Below are positions 1-19,082 of a stretch of DNA of 64,000 nt, one piece after another. Every line of letters starts with the position of its first letter. Positions within the stretch are counted from its first letter, which is position 1. Source of the DNA: the human T2T-CHM13v2.0 reference genome, Homo sapiens; the NCBI RefSeq assembly GCF_009914755.1, contig NC_060946.1; one strand, 5' to 3'. Made by a program: the position numbers and the translations under genes. The notes beneath the pieces are model-generated. The model was not told the DNA's origin, searched no databases, and worked only from the letters and a program-made list of their open reading frames with translations.

Positions 1-784
1 TAGAGGCTGGAGAAGACCAGGCATGTAGCAGGATGAGGCGTGCTCACCTCCCACACGCACCAGGAGCAGGGCAGTCCTCTTACTCATAGGCAGGTCCATT
101 CCCCCAGGGCTAGGAGGATGGGGTCTCTACCTTCACTATTTTCTTTAGAAAGAAGAAAGAAAGAAGAAAGATAGTGATGGCGGTAAGGACAACAGGGCCC
201 TCGGGGGCACATGGCTATGCTGTGGCCTGGAGAGAGGCAGACTCTTCTCAGAGGAGGCTAAGGGCCTCTGGCTAGAGCATGGCTACAAGCAAGGTGGCTA
301 ACATGAAGAGACCATGGTGCAGAGGCAGATGCCAGCAGGCTAAAGGACAATTCTGGAATGGGGCAGTGGGAGGGGTCCTGTGTCTTTGGGCTTCTTTGAT
401 CCCTGAGACACTTTGGACGGGACAGAGCCTTGGCCACCAACGGGGTCATGTCTGTTTAAACAAAATTTAACACAGGAGGTAAATCATTAACTCATTGAAG
501 AAACAAACAGGAGTGCAGGCCATATCTCTAGCACCAGGATTCAAGAGCCACGGGGATGTTAAGAACTCCTGAATATCAGAAGTGGCTGCCACTCATGGCT
601 TCTGTAAGTGAGTGAAAGCATTTGGTGAGCACCTTCTATAAGCAAGTCTTCGTGCCAGGTGCTGTGGGAACAGATGCATGAAGAGGCTCAGAGTCTGACC
701 TGAGCTTGGAGCTGGGGGAATACGAGCTCACAGCCATTGTGAGCATGCCCATGCCTGTCTCCAGGCCCACCACGGCCCATCCAT

Positions 785-912
785 CATCTCATGTAATTCT
801 CATGCCTCTGAGGTAGGGCAAGGATTGCCTGCATTTCATAGACAAGGAAACCCAAGCTCAGAGAGGGAGAGCAACTTGCCTCGGCCACACAGCTTGTCAG
901 TGGTGGAGAAAA
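785..912 (-). mobile_element. MIR SINE fragment
   Basis: Degenerate MIR core (catttcatagacaaggaaacccaagctcagagagg...cacacagct). Confidence 0.7.
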
Positions 913-1129
913 ATAAACAGGAGCTGGCTTTTGCAGAAAGGGGAAGAAATTGTTAGGGTTCAAGGATGTGTTTAGGAACTTAAGGGCAGGAAGCACAACT
1001 TCCTGAAAGACAGGAGCCAGGTCCAGCAAAGCCATCAGGAGGCAAGGCAGCCACTGACCCTGTCTGGGACCATAGAGTCTCCCAATTCTACTTCTCATGG
1101 AAGATTTATTTTATTCTTCCCTCTATTTG

Positions 1130-1348
1130 AAGGTTAAGAGCAAGGGTTCTGGCATCTGATCTGGGTCCAGTCCTGGCTTCACCATTTATTACCTCTGTGA
1201 TCTCAGGCAAGCCTACTTCCCCACCTACAAAACAGGGATACCACAGTCCCCAGGTAAGGATCACAGGAGAAAACATGGGCAAAGCCATTGGCACAGTGCC
1301 TGGCACATAATATATGCTCAATAAAACCCAAGTTGCTATTATCATTTT
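1130..1348 (+). mobile_element. MIR SINE
   Basis: ggttaagagc...tgtgatctcaggcaag...cagtgcctggcacataa...ctcaataaa. Confidence 0.7.
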
Positions 1349-1679
1349 ACTAGTAGGAAACAGCCTCCCCAAGCCTCCCAGCTCCACAAACACCCATCAA
1401 CTCACTAGCACCCTCCTTCTGACTTCTTCAGCCAGAAGAAGCAACTATTGCAAGTTGGTATAGCAACTATACCAACTATAGCAAGGGAGAGAGGGAGGGT
1501 CATTTCATTCAAACACAGTTTCAGGTATGTGTGGACTAGTTTGAAGAAAAGTGGAGGCCTGAGAAGTTAAGTAGACTAGTCAAAAGGTTTCTGTGACAGG
1601 AATTTCAACTGCAGGGTCTTGTGATCAACCTTCCCAATTCCTCCATCATGAACACTTGGGGTATCAGGGAGGGCAGTCA

Positions 1680-2103
<424 letters not shown>

Positions 2104-2157
2104 AGGAGGGAAGGAAGGAAGGAGGGGAGGGAGGGAGGGAAAGAAAAAGAAAGAAAG

Positions 2158-2681
<524 letters not shown>

Positions 2682-2989
2682 TCAAGAGTCATTCATTCAT
2701 TTAGCGAACGTGTGGGAAGCATTATGTTCCATTCAACTGTATGGGAGGCATTTTGCCAGGGATTAATTACCTGCCTAAGCAAAAGGCATAGTCCTTGTCC
2801 TCAGGGAGTTAAATGGCCTAGTAGGAGGAAACGGGCACAAAAATGGATGAATGTTTTGCAACATGATTCAAGCTCCAAGAGGGACCTGCTGAAGGTGGGA
2901 GAACAGGGGGAGGAGCACCTGTCCACCAGAGGTTTGGGAGAGAGGTGGAAAAGACCTTAGAGGAAGCAACTACCCTGTCTATTTTTGCT

Positions 2990-3438
2990 TTTATGTGTTT
3001 TGCCTGACTGCCATCCATTCCTCCTTTACTAAGGGGACACAGTCATCAGCCAAGCTTGGTCCATATAGTTTCAAGGTACTGACTCAGGTCCCCTGCTCCA
3101 GAGAAGGGCAGATGAGCCAAGTCTAGCCAATCAACAGAGGCTATCTCCCTGGCCATAGTGATTGGTTCAGAAAGGTGCACATAAGTCAGGTCTGGCCAAT
3201 GAGGGTCAACCCATGATTTGGGTTGGCACTGAGGGGAAAGGAGCTCTCTTTACACCAGGAGTGTTGGCAACATGGATTAGCTGAGCCTGGAAGAGAGGGG
3301 CCGCCATGTAAAAAAAAAACGAGAAAAGTGGCGTCACAGAGGAAAGCAGAGCAGCCAACTGGAGAGCAATGGCGTCTGACAGTATCTTTGAGCCCCTGGT
3401 CCCATTAGTGTCTGAACCCAAAATTATCTCTAGACTTC
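2990..3438. mobile_element. Old ERVL/MaLR-type LTR fragment (LTR16/MLT-like), apparently resuming at ~4155-4195 and ~4812-4865
   Basis: gccaatca...ctggccatagtgattggttcag...ggccaatgag pattern typical of these LTRs; family uncertain. Confidence 0.45.
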
Positions 3439-3730
3439 AGCTAGGCAGGGTGGCTCACGCCTGTAATCTCAGCACTTTGGGAGGCCAAGGCGGGCGGATC
3501 ACTTGAGTTCGAGACCAGCCTGGGAAGCATGGCAAAACCCTGTCTCTACTAAAAGTTTTTTTTTTTTTAAATCATCTGGGCTTGGTGGCACGTACCTGTA
3601 GTTCCAGCTTCTCAGGAGGCTGAAGTGGGAGGATCACTTGAAACCAGGAGTTTGGGGCTGCAGTGAGCTGAGATTGTGCCACTGCACTCCAGTCTGGGTG
3701 ACAAAGTGATGCCCTGTCTCAAAAAAAAAA
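3439..3730 (+). mobile_element. Alu followed by (TA)n to ~3783
   Basis: Alu consensus with poly-A tail. Confidence 0.9.
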
Positions 3731-3788
3731 TATATATATATATATATTTTATATATATATATACAAATATATATATGTATATAGTTAC

Positions 3789-4149
3789 TGTATTAGTCTG
3801 TTCTCATGCTGCTAAAGACATAACCGAGACTGGGTAATTTATAAAGGAAAGAGGTTTAATTGACTCACAGTTCCACATGGCTGGGGATGTCTCACAATCA
3901 TGGCTGAAGGCGAATGAGGAACAAAGTCACTTCTCACACGGTGACAGGCAAGACAGCTTGTGTTGGGAAACTCCCCTTTATAAAACCATCAGATCTCGTG
4001 AGACGTATTCACTCTGACGAGAACAGCAGGGAAAAGACCCGCCCCCATGATTCAATTACCTCCTACCAGGTCCCTCCCACAACACGTGGGAATTATGGGA
4101 GCTACAATTCAAGATGAGATTTGGGTGAGGACACAGCCAAACCTTATCA
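3789..4149 (-). mobile_element. THE1-family MaLR solo LTR
   Basis: tgtattagtctgttctcatgctgct...gagatttgggtgaggacacagccaaaccttatca, the reverse complement of the THE1 LTR; ~360 bp, TG...CA ends. Confidence 0.88.
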
Positions 4150-4189
4150 ATATATTATCTCTGGACCTTGAAGTTATGCAAATCACTAA

Positions 4190-4811
<622 letters not shown>

Positions 4812-5029
4812 TAAATTATCTGTTTTGCTAAGGCAATTTGAGATGGCTTTCTGTCACTATAAGAGAAAGGGTTTTAATATGTTTGATCTCTTATTCCTGA
4901 CTTCTAGTTTTCCTTTTTTTCCAAATAATTCTGGTAAGTTTCTTCTGTACCATCCCAGGAAAAATATATAAATATTTATATACATATATATGGAGTATAT
5001 ATATATATATAATTTCACTGTATTTTCAA

Positions 5030-5420
5030 GGACGTTCATTGCAGCAGTGTTTGTAGAAGCCAAAGAGTGAAAACAACCTGCATCCACCAACAGAGAAGGA
5101 GTTATGGACAAATGAAATGATAGCCTACATTTGCTTTAAAGTAATGCAGAGGGGGAGGGAGGGAGACAGTATGGGGGAAAAGCTGAAGCAAGACTGGCCA
5201 GATGTTAATAATTAGTGAAACTGGGCTCATCCAGTTCCATTCACTCTTTTGAATATGTTTGAAATTTTCCAAGATAAAATTTAAAAAATTTTAAATTATA
5301 TTATGTCCATTACCAGAATATTCTGCAACAGTTAAAAGTGAAATAGGCCTAGATGTGCTGATACAGCAAGCATTCTAAGACAAAATACAGGGCATATCAC
5401 AGTATATATAGTATTTTCCT
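5030..5420 (+). mobile_element. Old L1 (L1M-type) 3' fragment
   Basis: gttcattgcagcagtgtttgtagaagccaaa...aaaacaacct resembles an old L1 3' region. Confidence 0.5.
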
Positions 5421-5532
5421 GATTTATTTTTCTCTCTGGATCTCGGGTGTATAGAATTAGATTAGTCATGACACACTGGCGTCATTGGTCCATGTATGGC
5501 TTGCTTTTATTTAGTTAGTTAGCGAGTTTTAA

Positions 5533-5848
<316 letters not shown>

Positions 5849-5917
5849 TAATAATATAATAAAGACCCACGATCCCACCATCCAGAATGAAAACTAGGAC
5901 TTTGAAAATAACCTACA

Positions 5918-6667
<750 letters not shown>

Positions 6668-7108
6668 ATTAACATGTACTATATGTTAAGAGAAGTATTA
6701 GATAAAAAAACTTTTGCTCCACAAGATCCAAAACTTGGAAATAGACCGAATGTCCATCAAGAGAAGAATGAAATGGATGAACTCTGATATTATCTGTGCA
6801 ATGAAACACTATACAAGAGTCAAAACAGGTGAACTCCAATGACTTGATAATATGGACAAAGATTATCAATACACTATGAAGTGGAAAAAAATAAAGAAAG
6901 GTCCCAAAAGATGATATTCATTATGATACTCTTATAAAAGTAAAAGCAACGAAAATGAATAAAAATAAAATTTGAGATTACATACAGATGCAAAGACAGT
7001 ATATAAAAGGGAAGCAAGGGATTCAAAATAATGGATAACTTAAGTAGGGGAAGGCAGGGGCATGAGATGGAATCTTAGGGTTACATATTCGTTTTTTGTA
7101 AAACAAAA

Positions 7109-7435
7109 ATATGTATATATGCATGTGTGTATATATGTATATGTGATACCTATGTAATATACACATATACATATATATTTACAGTATATATACAGATTTA
7201 GTCTGTACTATAAATCTTTACAGTATATATTATATAGTATATATACTATTAATCTATAGTATATACAGTATATCATAGTATCAACCTTATATCTACTGTA
7301 TATACAGTATATGTATAGATACAATATGTGGTATATACTGTATCTATAGTATATATTATAGATGTACAGTATATATACACTATAAATGTATGTGTGTATA
7401 TACTGTTTATATACTATATACATATATATAGTGTA
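7109..7435. repeat. Degenerate TA/TG-rich low-complexity repeat
   Basis: Imperfect (TA)n/(TATAC)n tract. Confidence 0.85.
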
Positions 7436-7893
7436 AATCTTTGCAAACCATTGTGAAAGTATCTGTAGAATAAAAGTAGGCTTTCTCGATCCTTGTGGCT
7501 GTAGCTTCCAAAAGCCTTAAGGCTCTAGTTGACCAACACCAAAGAAAGTGGCACTGCTGCAAGCCAGTGCCCCAAATACACAAACGAAGAAGGCAAGGTT
7601 GTGGGATATCCCTCTTCCACATCATGTCTGTGCTCAGTATTTAATTGTTGCCAGATAGCACCTGTGTATACATGAGACCGTGTAGGAGGCTGGGCACCTC
7701 CATGCTGTGTACTTTTATTGATCTATTAGCTTGTTGTAGGTTCTAGGTCTTGGTTTTCTGATCTCTAAGGTGTCTTTCAGCAATAAAACGTGAGGCCTAT
7801 TTGAATTCCATGTCACATTTGGAGATGACGGATTTGTCATCTTCTATGTTGTGAGTTATTTCTTCTAAGTGCCCTCAATTGAAATGATAAGGA

Positions 7894-8510
7894 GGCTGGA
7901 CATGATGGCTCAGGCCTGTGGCACTTTGGGAGGCTGAGGTGGGAGGATCACTTGAAGCCAGGAGTTTGACCAGCCTGGGCAACAAAGCAAGATCCTGTCT
8001 CTACAAAAACAAAAACAAAAACAAAAACAGGCCACGCATGTTGGCTCACGCCTGTAATCCCAGCGTGATTGAGAGGCCGAGGCTGGTGGATCACTTGAGG
8101 TCAGGTGTTCAAGACCAGCCTGGCCAACATGGTGACACCCTATCGCTAGTAAAAATACAAAAATTAGCCGGGTATGGTGGCTCACGCCTGTAATCCCAGT
8201 TACTCAGGAGGCTGAGGCAGGAGAATTGCTTGAACCTGGGTCACACCACTGCACTCCAGCCTGGGCAACAGAGCGAGACTCTGTCTCAAAAACAAAACAA
8301 AACAAACAAAAACAAAAACAACAAAAACAAAACAGAAGTTAACCAGGTGTGGTAGGTGCATGTCTGTAGTTCTAGTTACTCAGGAGGCTGAGGTGGGAGG
8401 ATGGCTTAAGCCCAGAAGTTTGGGGCTATAATGAGCTATGATCAATGCACTCCAGCCTGGGCAACACAGTGAAACTCTGTCTCAGGAAAAATAAAATAAA
8501 ATTAAAAATA
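7894..8510 (+). mobile_element. Old Alu split by a second Alu (~8030-8335) in its middle A-rich linker
   Basis: Left arm, inner Alu, right arm; outer TSD AAATGATAAGGA on both sides. Confidence 0.85.
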
Positions 8511-9875
8511 AATGATAAGGAAGTCTAGTCTGAGTATTTGTTCATTCATTCACTTAATTAATACAAAGAGCACTTCTTTATTTTAGGTTTCTGGCTTTGG
8601 AATCTTTTTCATTTTTCTTGATTTGCAAAAGATTCTTTGAGAGGTACATACTAGAGATTGAAAAGTGAAACTATATTTGACTCAACTGATTTTAGCAAAG
8701 TTTGGGTTTCTTGATCCACCTCAATCTCAGTTTCTTTGGTTTGTTGGTGCATATGTTGTATGTGAGTGTCTACCTCTTATTGCTGCTGCTAGTCACTGAA
8801 CTAGTCAGCTTTACAGCTGTATTTGTCAGGAGTCTTTTGTTACAGGGATGGATCCAAGTGCTCAATGGATGCAGCCAGTATCCTTCCTCTTCTTATTTAT
8901 CTCATCTCAGCTTGTCTCTGCTCCTTTTTCCTGCAGCAGCAACAGCAGCGACAGCAGCATTTTCTATGCGGTTGAGGAAAAAAGCCACAGCTTAAGTTTA
9001 CATAATCCTTACAGTTTGAGATGCGAGAGGAGAAGAAAGATTTGTCTCCCAAATTGCTATAGATCATATTTCAGGGAGGATTCTAATTGGTCCTGCCTTG
9101 GTCACATGCCCACTTCTGAACCAATGCTTGTAGTTAGGGGAGTGCAGTGCTTTGATTGGCTAGTCTGAGTCACATGCCCACTTATGTTGGGATGCTGAGC
9201 TCTGTAATTGACATCCCCCCAGAGATAGCATGGGCCAGGAAGGATGATACCCTAGGAAGGGATGTTGAGTCAGTAATTCCTGTTCATTATTACCTCCCTG
9301 CAAGCTGTTGTTGTTTCCCACTCACAGTGAATGGAGTGTATATTCTCACCCAAACTGTCTTCTTTCCTATTAACTCACCTCTGTGGTAAGCCCTCCTGTC
9401 TGATATTGTTGGACATAAGCAAGTAATTGGCCTTTATTTCCTTCTGATGTTTTCTCCCAATCCTTTTTTCTTTATCTTCAAATAGAGATACGATCAGTGT
9501 AAAAGCAACCTGACTTCCCTATCTTTTGAAGGTCTGATGATCCCTCATCCATCATCAGCCTTTCTTGGCCAAGTAGGCATATGATTACATTTCCACTTCA
9601 ATTAAATGCTGCACCCTGAAGACAGATGCCTCTTGTGGTCAAGGGTGCTGCCCACGAATACAACTGTATCCTATATATAGTGCAGTATTTATACTTGTGA
9701 GATCTTGGAACTTCTTCCTTTTCCTCACCTTAATAGCTTAGAAGTGATCATTTTACCACTTGGTCCAATCAGCGTCTACTTTGTCTAATTTCTCTTCTGT
9801 GTCTCTTGAGTCAAAAATGGCCTGTAGATGTATTCATTTAGCTCCACAGCAATACTAATCTTTAAAAATCTGTCA

Positions 9876-10208
<333 letters not shown>

Positions 10209-10984
10209 CTAGGAGATGCTACAAACAAATATGAATTTTTACTTCTTTTGAACAAATCAGAAGATCTGTGCATCTTAGGTCCACATTCCCCACAGCAGTG
10301 ACATGCTGGAGTGGCCCTCTGGACTGGCCATGCATTCCCAAGGCCACCACTCCCAAGGGTGTTACCATTTGAAGCACTGTTGTCATTTACCATCTCATTT
10401 GCTGGTTATTTTTGCTTACATTTGGCCCACTTCACTCAGTCACATTCCCTGCCTGGCCCCTGGAGCACTCTTGTAGTTTGTGACTCCCAGTTGGGCAGCC
10501 ATTGCAAATCAGGGGCAGGTTGAAGCAAGGTTTAAACTACTGATGAGCTGGGGCCTAGATTGGCTTTCTGCCTTAAGGCTCAAAGTAGACATAGATTGAT
10601 GGCATACTTCAAAGGCCAAAGAGATACTTCTAAGAGTTTTGAAAGAACTGCCGCTACTTGTCTATATAACATCTATTGTGCCTTTCAAGAGAATTATATG
10701 ATGTTTAAATACAATAAACGAACGTTTCCAGAAATAGATATAAATACTGTAGAAGAATGCTAGCATGTCGTACATCTGGATCACCTTAAAGAAGCAACAT
10801 AAGGCTCAAAGTCTTAAAATTATTTTGTAAAATGTTAATGTGTACTTAGATTTTATTAAAATCTTTTATTGACTTCTTTATCTGTCCCATATAGTAATAA
10901 ATGTTTGCAGATAGAAGGAAGAAATGAAAAAAGAAAGGAACTACTTGAATACAGAGACTGGTTAATCCATTTTTTAAATTTAGC

Positions 10985-11592
<608 letters not shown>

Positions 11593-11974
11593 CCATTTTT
11601 TAAATTTAGTTTTTATTTTTAAATAATTAGAAGTTGCAGAAATAGTACATAGAGCATCTGTAAGCCCATTACTCAGCTTTCTCCAATGGTGACATCTTCC
11701 ATAACTATAGGCCAATCTGTTTTCATATTCCAGTGGCACACATGGGTGTTCAATACAGTTTATTGAATCTATTTGCATATAGGAAATGAATGTTATCATC
11801 AGCTGATTTAACATGTTAGTCTTTTTATTTTTATTACTTTTGAATATGTAACAAAATGCACGTGAAGCAAAATTCACTAGGTACAAAGGATATGCAGTTG
11901 TCCCTTGGTATCCATGCGGGATTGGTTCCAGGACCTTCTGCAGATACCAAAATCTGCAGATGTTCAAATCCTTA

Positions 11975-12962
<988 letters not shown>

Positions 12963-13600
12963 CCTTTTTTCCTGAATATTTTCTATTCATGGTTTATTGA
13001 ATCCATGAATGCAGAACTCACAGAAATGGAGGGCCGACTTTTCAGAGACAAGTAAGTTTCCCTTGATTCCTTGCCTCCCAGTCACCAAGATGCCTCTCCC
13101 GAGACAACCATTTATTAGTTTCTAATGTCTCCTTCCATATGTAGGTAATGTTTGCAAACCTTAATGTATCTGTTGTCTACTCACCCATCCCTCTTCTGTT
13201 GTAGAATGCCATATGCATCTGTATTTATTTGGCACAGATACAGTCTCTTTAGGTACTAAATCATATGTTTATGAATTTGAAATCCCTGAACTTCCGTATT
13301 TAGACATATAAATAGAACTTTGCTAGTAGAAAATTTCCTGAAGCTTTGTGTGATTTTTGGCCTAAGTCAGTGAGATTTGCCAAAGGTTTGGCAGCTTTAG
13401 CCAATGCTGATGCACCTGTTCTCAGTTATTTGCTTCTGAGCTGTGTCTGATAAGCAAGAAAAGGTGTAAGCTAAATTACACCCAGGATGATCTGCTAGGG
13501 ATGTGCCATACAAGATAATGAATGCGCTTCTCTTCTATCACTTGGTCCAGCTTGTGGATCCCTTCCTTGTCCTGGCTGACGGGTCTTATCTCTTATTTGA

Positions 13601-13905
<305 letters not shown>

Positions 13906-13915
13906 TCTTATTTGA

Positions 13916-14503
<588 letters not shown>

Positions 14504-14583
14504 GAGAGATGGGGTCTTGCCATATTGCCCAGGCTGGATTTGAACACCTGTGCTCAAGGGATCCTCCTACCTCAGTCTCCTGA

Positions 14584-14994
<411 letters not shown>

Positions 14995-15174
14995 TCAAAA
15001 CTGATTTGTTCTCTGACCCTTACGTGGGTTTGCATTGCATTTCTTGAGGAAAGGATGGTCATTCTTCTCCACACTCAGAATTTATTTTGGTCCCATGAAG
15101 CCCAATGCTCCAATGCAGCTGTTAACAAGCTGCCCCAAATGTTTGCAAAATGGGAGGGATACAAATTGATGAGG

Positions 15175-15520
15175 TTATCACTCATTCATTTAGTTATTAA
15201 TTCATGCAACAAATATTTATTGAGTGCCTACTCTGGGTCAGGCAGCCTCGGCCTAAGTCGCTGAACAAGACAAAGATCTCTCATTACAGAGCTTGTTCTC
15301 TGGTATGTGTGCATGTGGGGTGTGGAGGACAGACAAAAATAAATATGCAAATTATTTAGTATGTTAGAAGGTGATAAATGCCACAGGGGTAGGGGAAGGC
15401 AGGCCAAGGGAGGATAGGAGTGGATGACAGGGGGCACGTTGCAGTTTAAAATAGCATTGCCAGGGTAGTCCCTGTTGAGGGTGTGAAATGTGCGCTAAGA
15501 CTTCAAAGAGCAGAGGATAT
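15175..15520 (-). mobile_element. L2 3' fragment
   Basis: ttcatgcaacaaatatttattgagtgcctactctgggtcaggca is the L2 3'-end signature. Confidence 0.7.
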
Positions 15521-15533
15521 CCTTATGCTGTAT

Positions 15534-15535
<2 letters not shown>

Positions 15536-15574
<39 letters not shown>
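15536..15574 (+). repeat. (TG)n microsatellite
   Basis: ~19 TG units. Confidence 0.95.
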
Positions 15575-15577
<3 letters not shown>

Positions 15578-15602
15578 GCATGAAAATACCACTAAAGATG
15601 GA

Positions 15603-15871
15603 TTTTTTTTTTTTTTTTGAGACAGAGTCTAGCTCTGTCATCCAGGGTGGACTGCAGTGGCACAATCTCGGCTCACTGCAACCTCCGCCTCAGCCTCCCA
15701 AGTAGCTGAGACTACAGGTGTGCACCACCACACCGGAATAGTTTTTGTATTTTTAGTAGAAACGGGGTTTCACCATGTTGGCCACGCTGGTCTCGAACTC
15801 CTGCTGCCGAGTGATCTGCTTGCCTCAGCCTCCCAAAGTGCTGGGATTACAGGCGTGAGCCACCGTGCCCA
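15603..15871 (-). mobile_element. Alu with a short internal deletion
   Basis: Reverse consensus. Confidence 0.9.
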
Positions 15872-15916
15872 GATGGAAATATTTTTAGCAGCTATTTTGA
15901 GATATAATTCACATGC

Positions 15917-16216
15917 CAGCCAGGTGTGGTGGCTCATGCCTGTTAATCCCAGCACTTTGAGAGACTCAGGCGGGAGAATTGCCTGGGCTCAGGAGTTTGA
16001 TTCCAATGTGGGCAATGTAGCAAAACCCTGTCTTTACAAATAAAAATTAAAAATTAAAAATTTAGCTTGGTGTAGTGGTGTGTACCTGTAGTCCCAGCTA
16101 CTCATGAGGCTGAGGCTGAAAGATCACTTGAGCCCAGGAGGTGGAGGCTGCAGTGAGCCGTGATGGCGCCACTGCACTCTCCTGACAGTGAGACCCTGTT
16201 TCTAAAAGAAAAAAAG
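15917..16216 (+). mobile_element. Alu (AluJ-like)
   Basis: Diverged consensus. Confidence 0.88.
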
Positions 16217-17150
<934 letters not shown>

Positions 17151-17311
17151 AGTATTTCATTTCTTGATGGATAATATCTCATTGCAGGGATAGACCACAT
17201 TTGGTTATCCATTTATCAGTTGGTGGTGTGTGCCTTTGAATTTTAAATATCGCAAAGTGTCATCCATGAGCTATAGAGATTTGCCCTCCCCCTTAATTAA
17301 GAACTGGATGG

Positions 17312-17470
17312 AGGCTGGGTGTGGCACCTGTAGTCCCAGCTACTCAGGAGGCTAAGCTGGGAGGATACTTGGGCACAGAAGTTCGATACTTGGGCACAGT
17401 GAGCTGTGATCACACCACCGCACGCCAGCCTGTGCGACAGAGGGAGACGCTATATCTAAATGAAAAAAAT
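17312..17470 (+). mobile_element. Alu monomer (FRAM/FAM-like)
   Basis: Single diverged Alu arm. Confidence 0.75.
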
Positions 17471-18554
17471 AAGACCTTGTAGGGGTCATTGTCAGGACCA
17501 ATGGTGCCCAGTTGCAGGCAGCACTGGTTAGGCCCGGTTTTGGAGAAACTAAAAAGCCACTCCCTCCAGAGTCCTGCTTTCCCAGGTGCCTCCCTCCTGA
17601 GCGGAAGCTCTGGGTGGTCCAAATGTGGTAATAGAGATCTGTGGATTTTTTTCAAGTGTGTTTTCTGTTGCACGTTAAATTTTTTTTTTCAGCTTTAAAA
17701 TGTAACCTTGGTAAGTTGTTTACTCAAGAAAATTCTTAATGAGTTTTCTTTCTTTCTTTTTGTCTTTTTAACATTTTGGGTGTGGTAGCAAGTAGAAGCA
17801 GATTCATCCTAACCAAATATTTGCAAATATCTGAACAAAGCTATTCTGGCCAGGGAAGGAAGACTCCACGGAGGAAGTGGGAATTGGATCTGGCTTTTGA
17901 AGGAGGGGTTCAATTCTCAGAGGACTAGATGAGGAAGGAAAAGGCATGTTCCAAAAAGGGGCAGGGAATTAAAAGTTTATTTTCTGGGTGACTGGGAACC
18001 TCTGAGCCCTTGAGCACGTGCCTTAGATATGTTAGTTTGGCAGCCAGCAGTCTGTGCATAGAGGGTGATAATGGTGTTGGACTCCTCTGGCCTGCACGTG
18101 GCGAGACTCAAAGTTTCCAGACTTCTTTTGGGGGCGGTGTCTGAATTACAGTCTCCGGGGCTGCAGAAAGATGAACTCCATCAGAAGATCCTCAAGGTCT
18201 TCCCCACTCCTTCAGTGCAGACTTCATACAGAGAAACTGTCTAGGCGACACCTGTGCAAGAACTGGACACGACCCAAGCTGCAAACTGCCCCTGACCATC
18301 CCGGCCTTCCCCGTTCGATCCTGGAGGTGGGGGTGGGAATGGAGCGCCCAGAGCGGGCGATCAAGCTTCCTGGGAACTGTGAATTGGGGCGGGGGAAGCA
18401 GGAAGGACGAGGCCTTTCCAGACCAAATGGCCCTAACTCCTGCACCGGACCAGGACGCGTGGCGCCTCCAGAGAGGACGCCCATCGCCCGGAGCAGGTTG
18501 CGGTCCCGGTTCCCGCCGAACTCTAGCAACCGCGAGGAGAAATGTCTGCCGTAG

Positions 18555-18790
18555 GGGGCGGAGCGCAGCGGGGGCGGAGCGCGGACGAAGGGGCGGAGCG
18601 AGGACGAAGGGGCGGAGTAGAAACGACGGGCGGGGGGCGGAGCGAGAATAATGGGGTGGAGCAAGACGGCGGGCGGGGGCGGAGCGAGGACGACGGGGCG
18701 GAGCGCAGACCGCGGGCGGGGGGCGGAGCTGGGATGATGGGGAGGAGCGAGGATAAAGGGGCGGAGCACAGATAGAAACAGGGGCGGGGA
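18555..18790 (+). promoter_or_regulatory. Tandem array of ~12 GC boxes (Sp/KLF sites)
   Basis: GGGGCGGAGC at 18555, 18571, 18590, 18634, 18676, 18695, 18720 and 18758; variants at 18609, 18653, 18739 and 18781. Confidence 0.85.
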
Positions 18791-18953
18791 GGGGAGGGGC
18801 GTTCTCGGCCTTTGGGACCCGCCTCTCGCCGCAGGCGCGCCTGCCCCGCCTTCTCACTCCCCACGGCGGCGGCTGCGGAGGCCGAGGGCGGGGAGGGAGG
18901 GGAGAGCGGGTCACGACGCTGCCGGGGCGGGGATAACCCCTCACGTGGAGCAG

Positions 18954-19043
18954 ATGAAAGGGCCGCGGCGCGACGGCCGGGGGAGCCGAGCTGAGCCTGC
19001 GACCCACAAAGCCGCCGCCGCCGCCGCCGTGATGGGGCTGTGA
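18954..19043 (+). other. uORF1 (29 aa) with in-frame internal ATG at 19032 (Met-Gly-Leu-stop)
   Basis: ATG 18954 to TGA 19041-19043 encodes MKGPRRDGRGSRAEPATHKAAAAAAVMGL. Inclusion in the mRNA depends on the TSS, which I cannot see. Confidence 0.6.
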
Positions 19044-19082
19044 GGCGTCCGCCCGCGTTCGGTCCTCAGCCGGCCCGCGACT

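Noticed and set aside
18555-18790. Repeat-spacer appearance resembling a CRISPR array
   Set aside because: The repeat is only 10 bp, the spacers are 6-15 bp and related to each other, the context is eukaryotic and there are no cas genes. It is a GC-box minisatellite.
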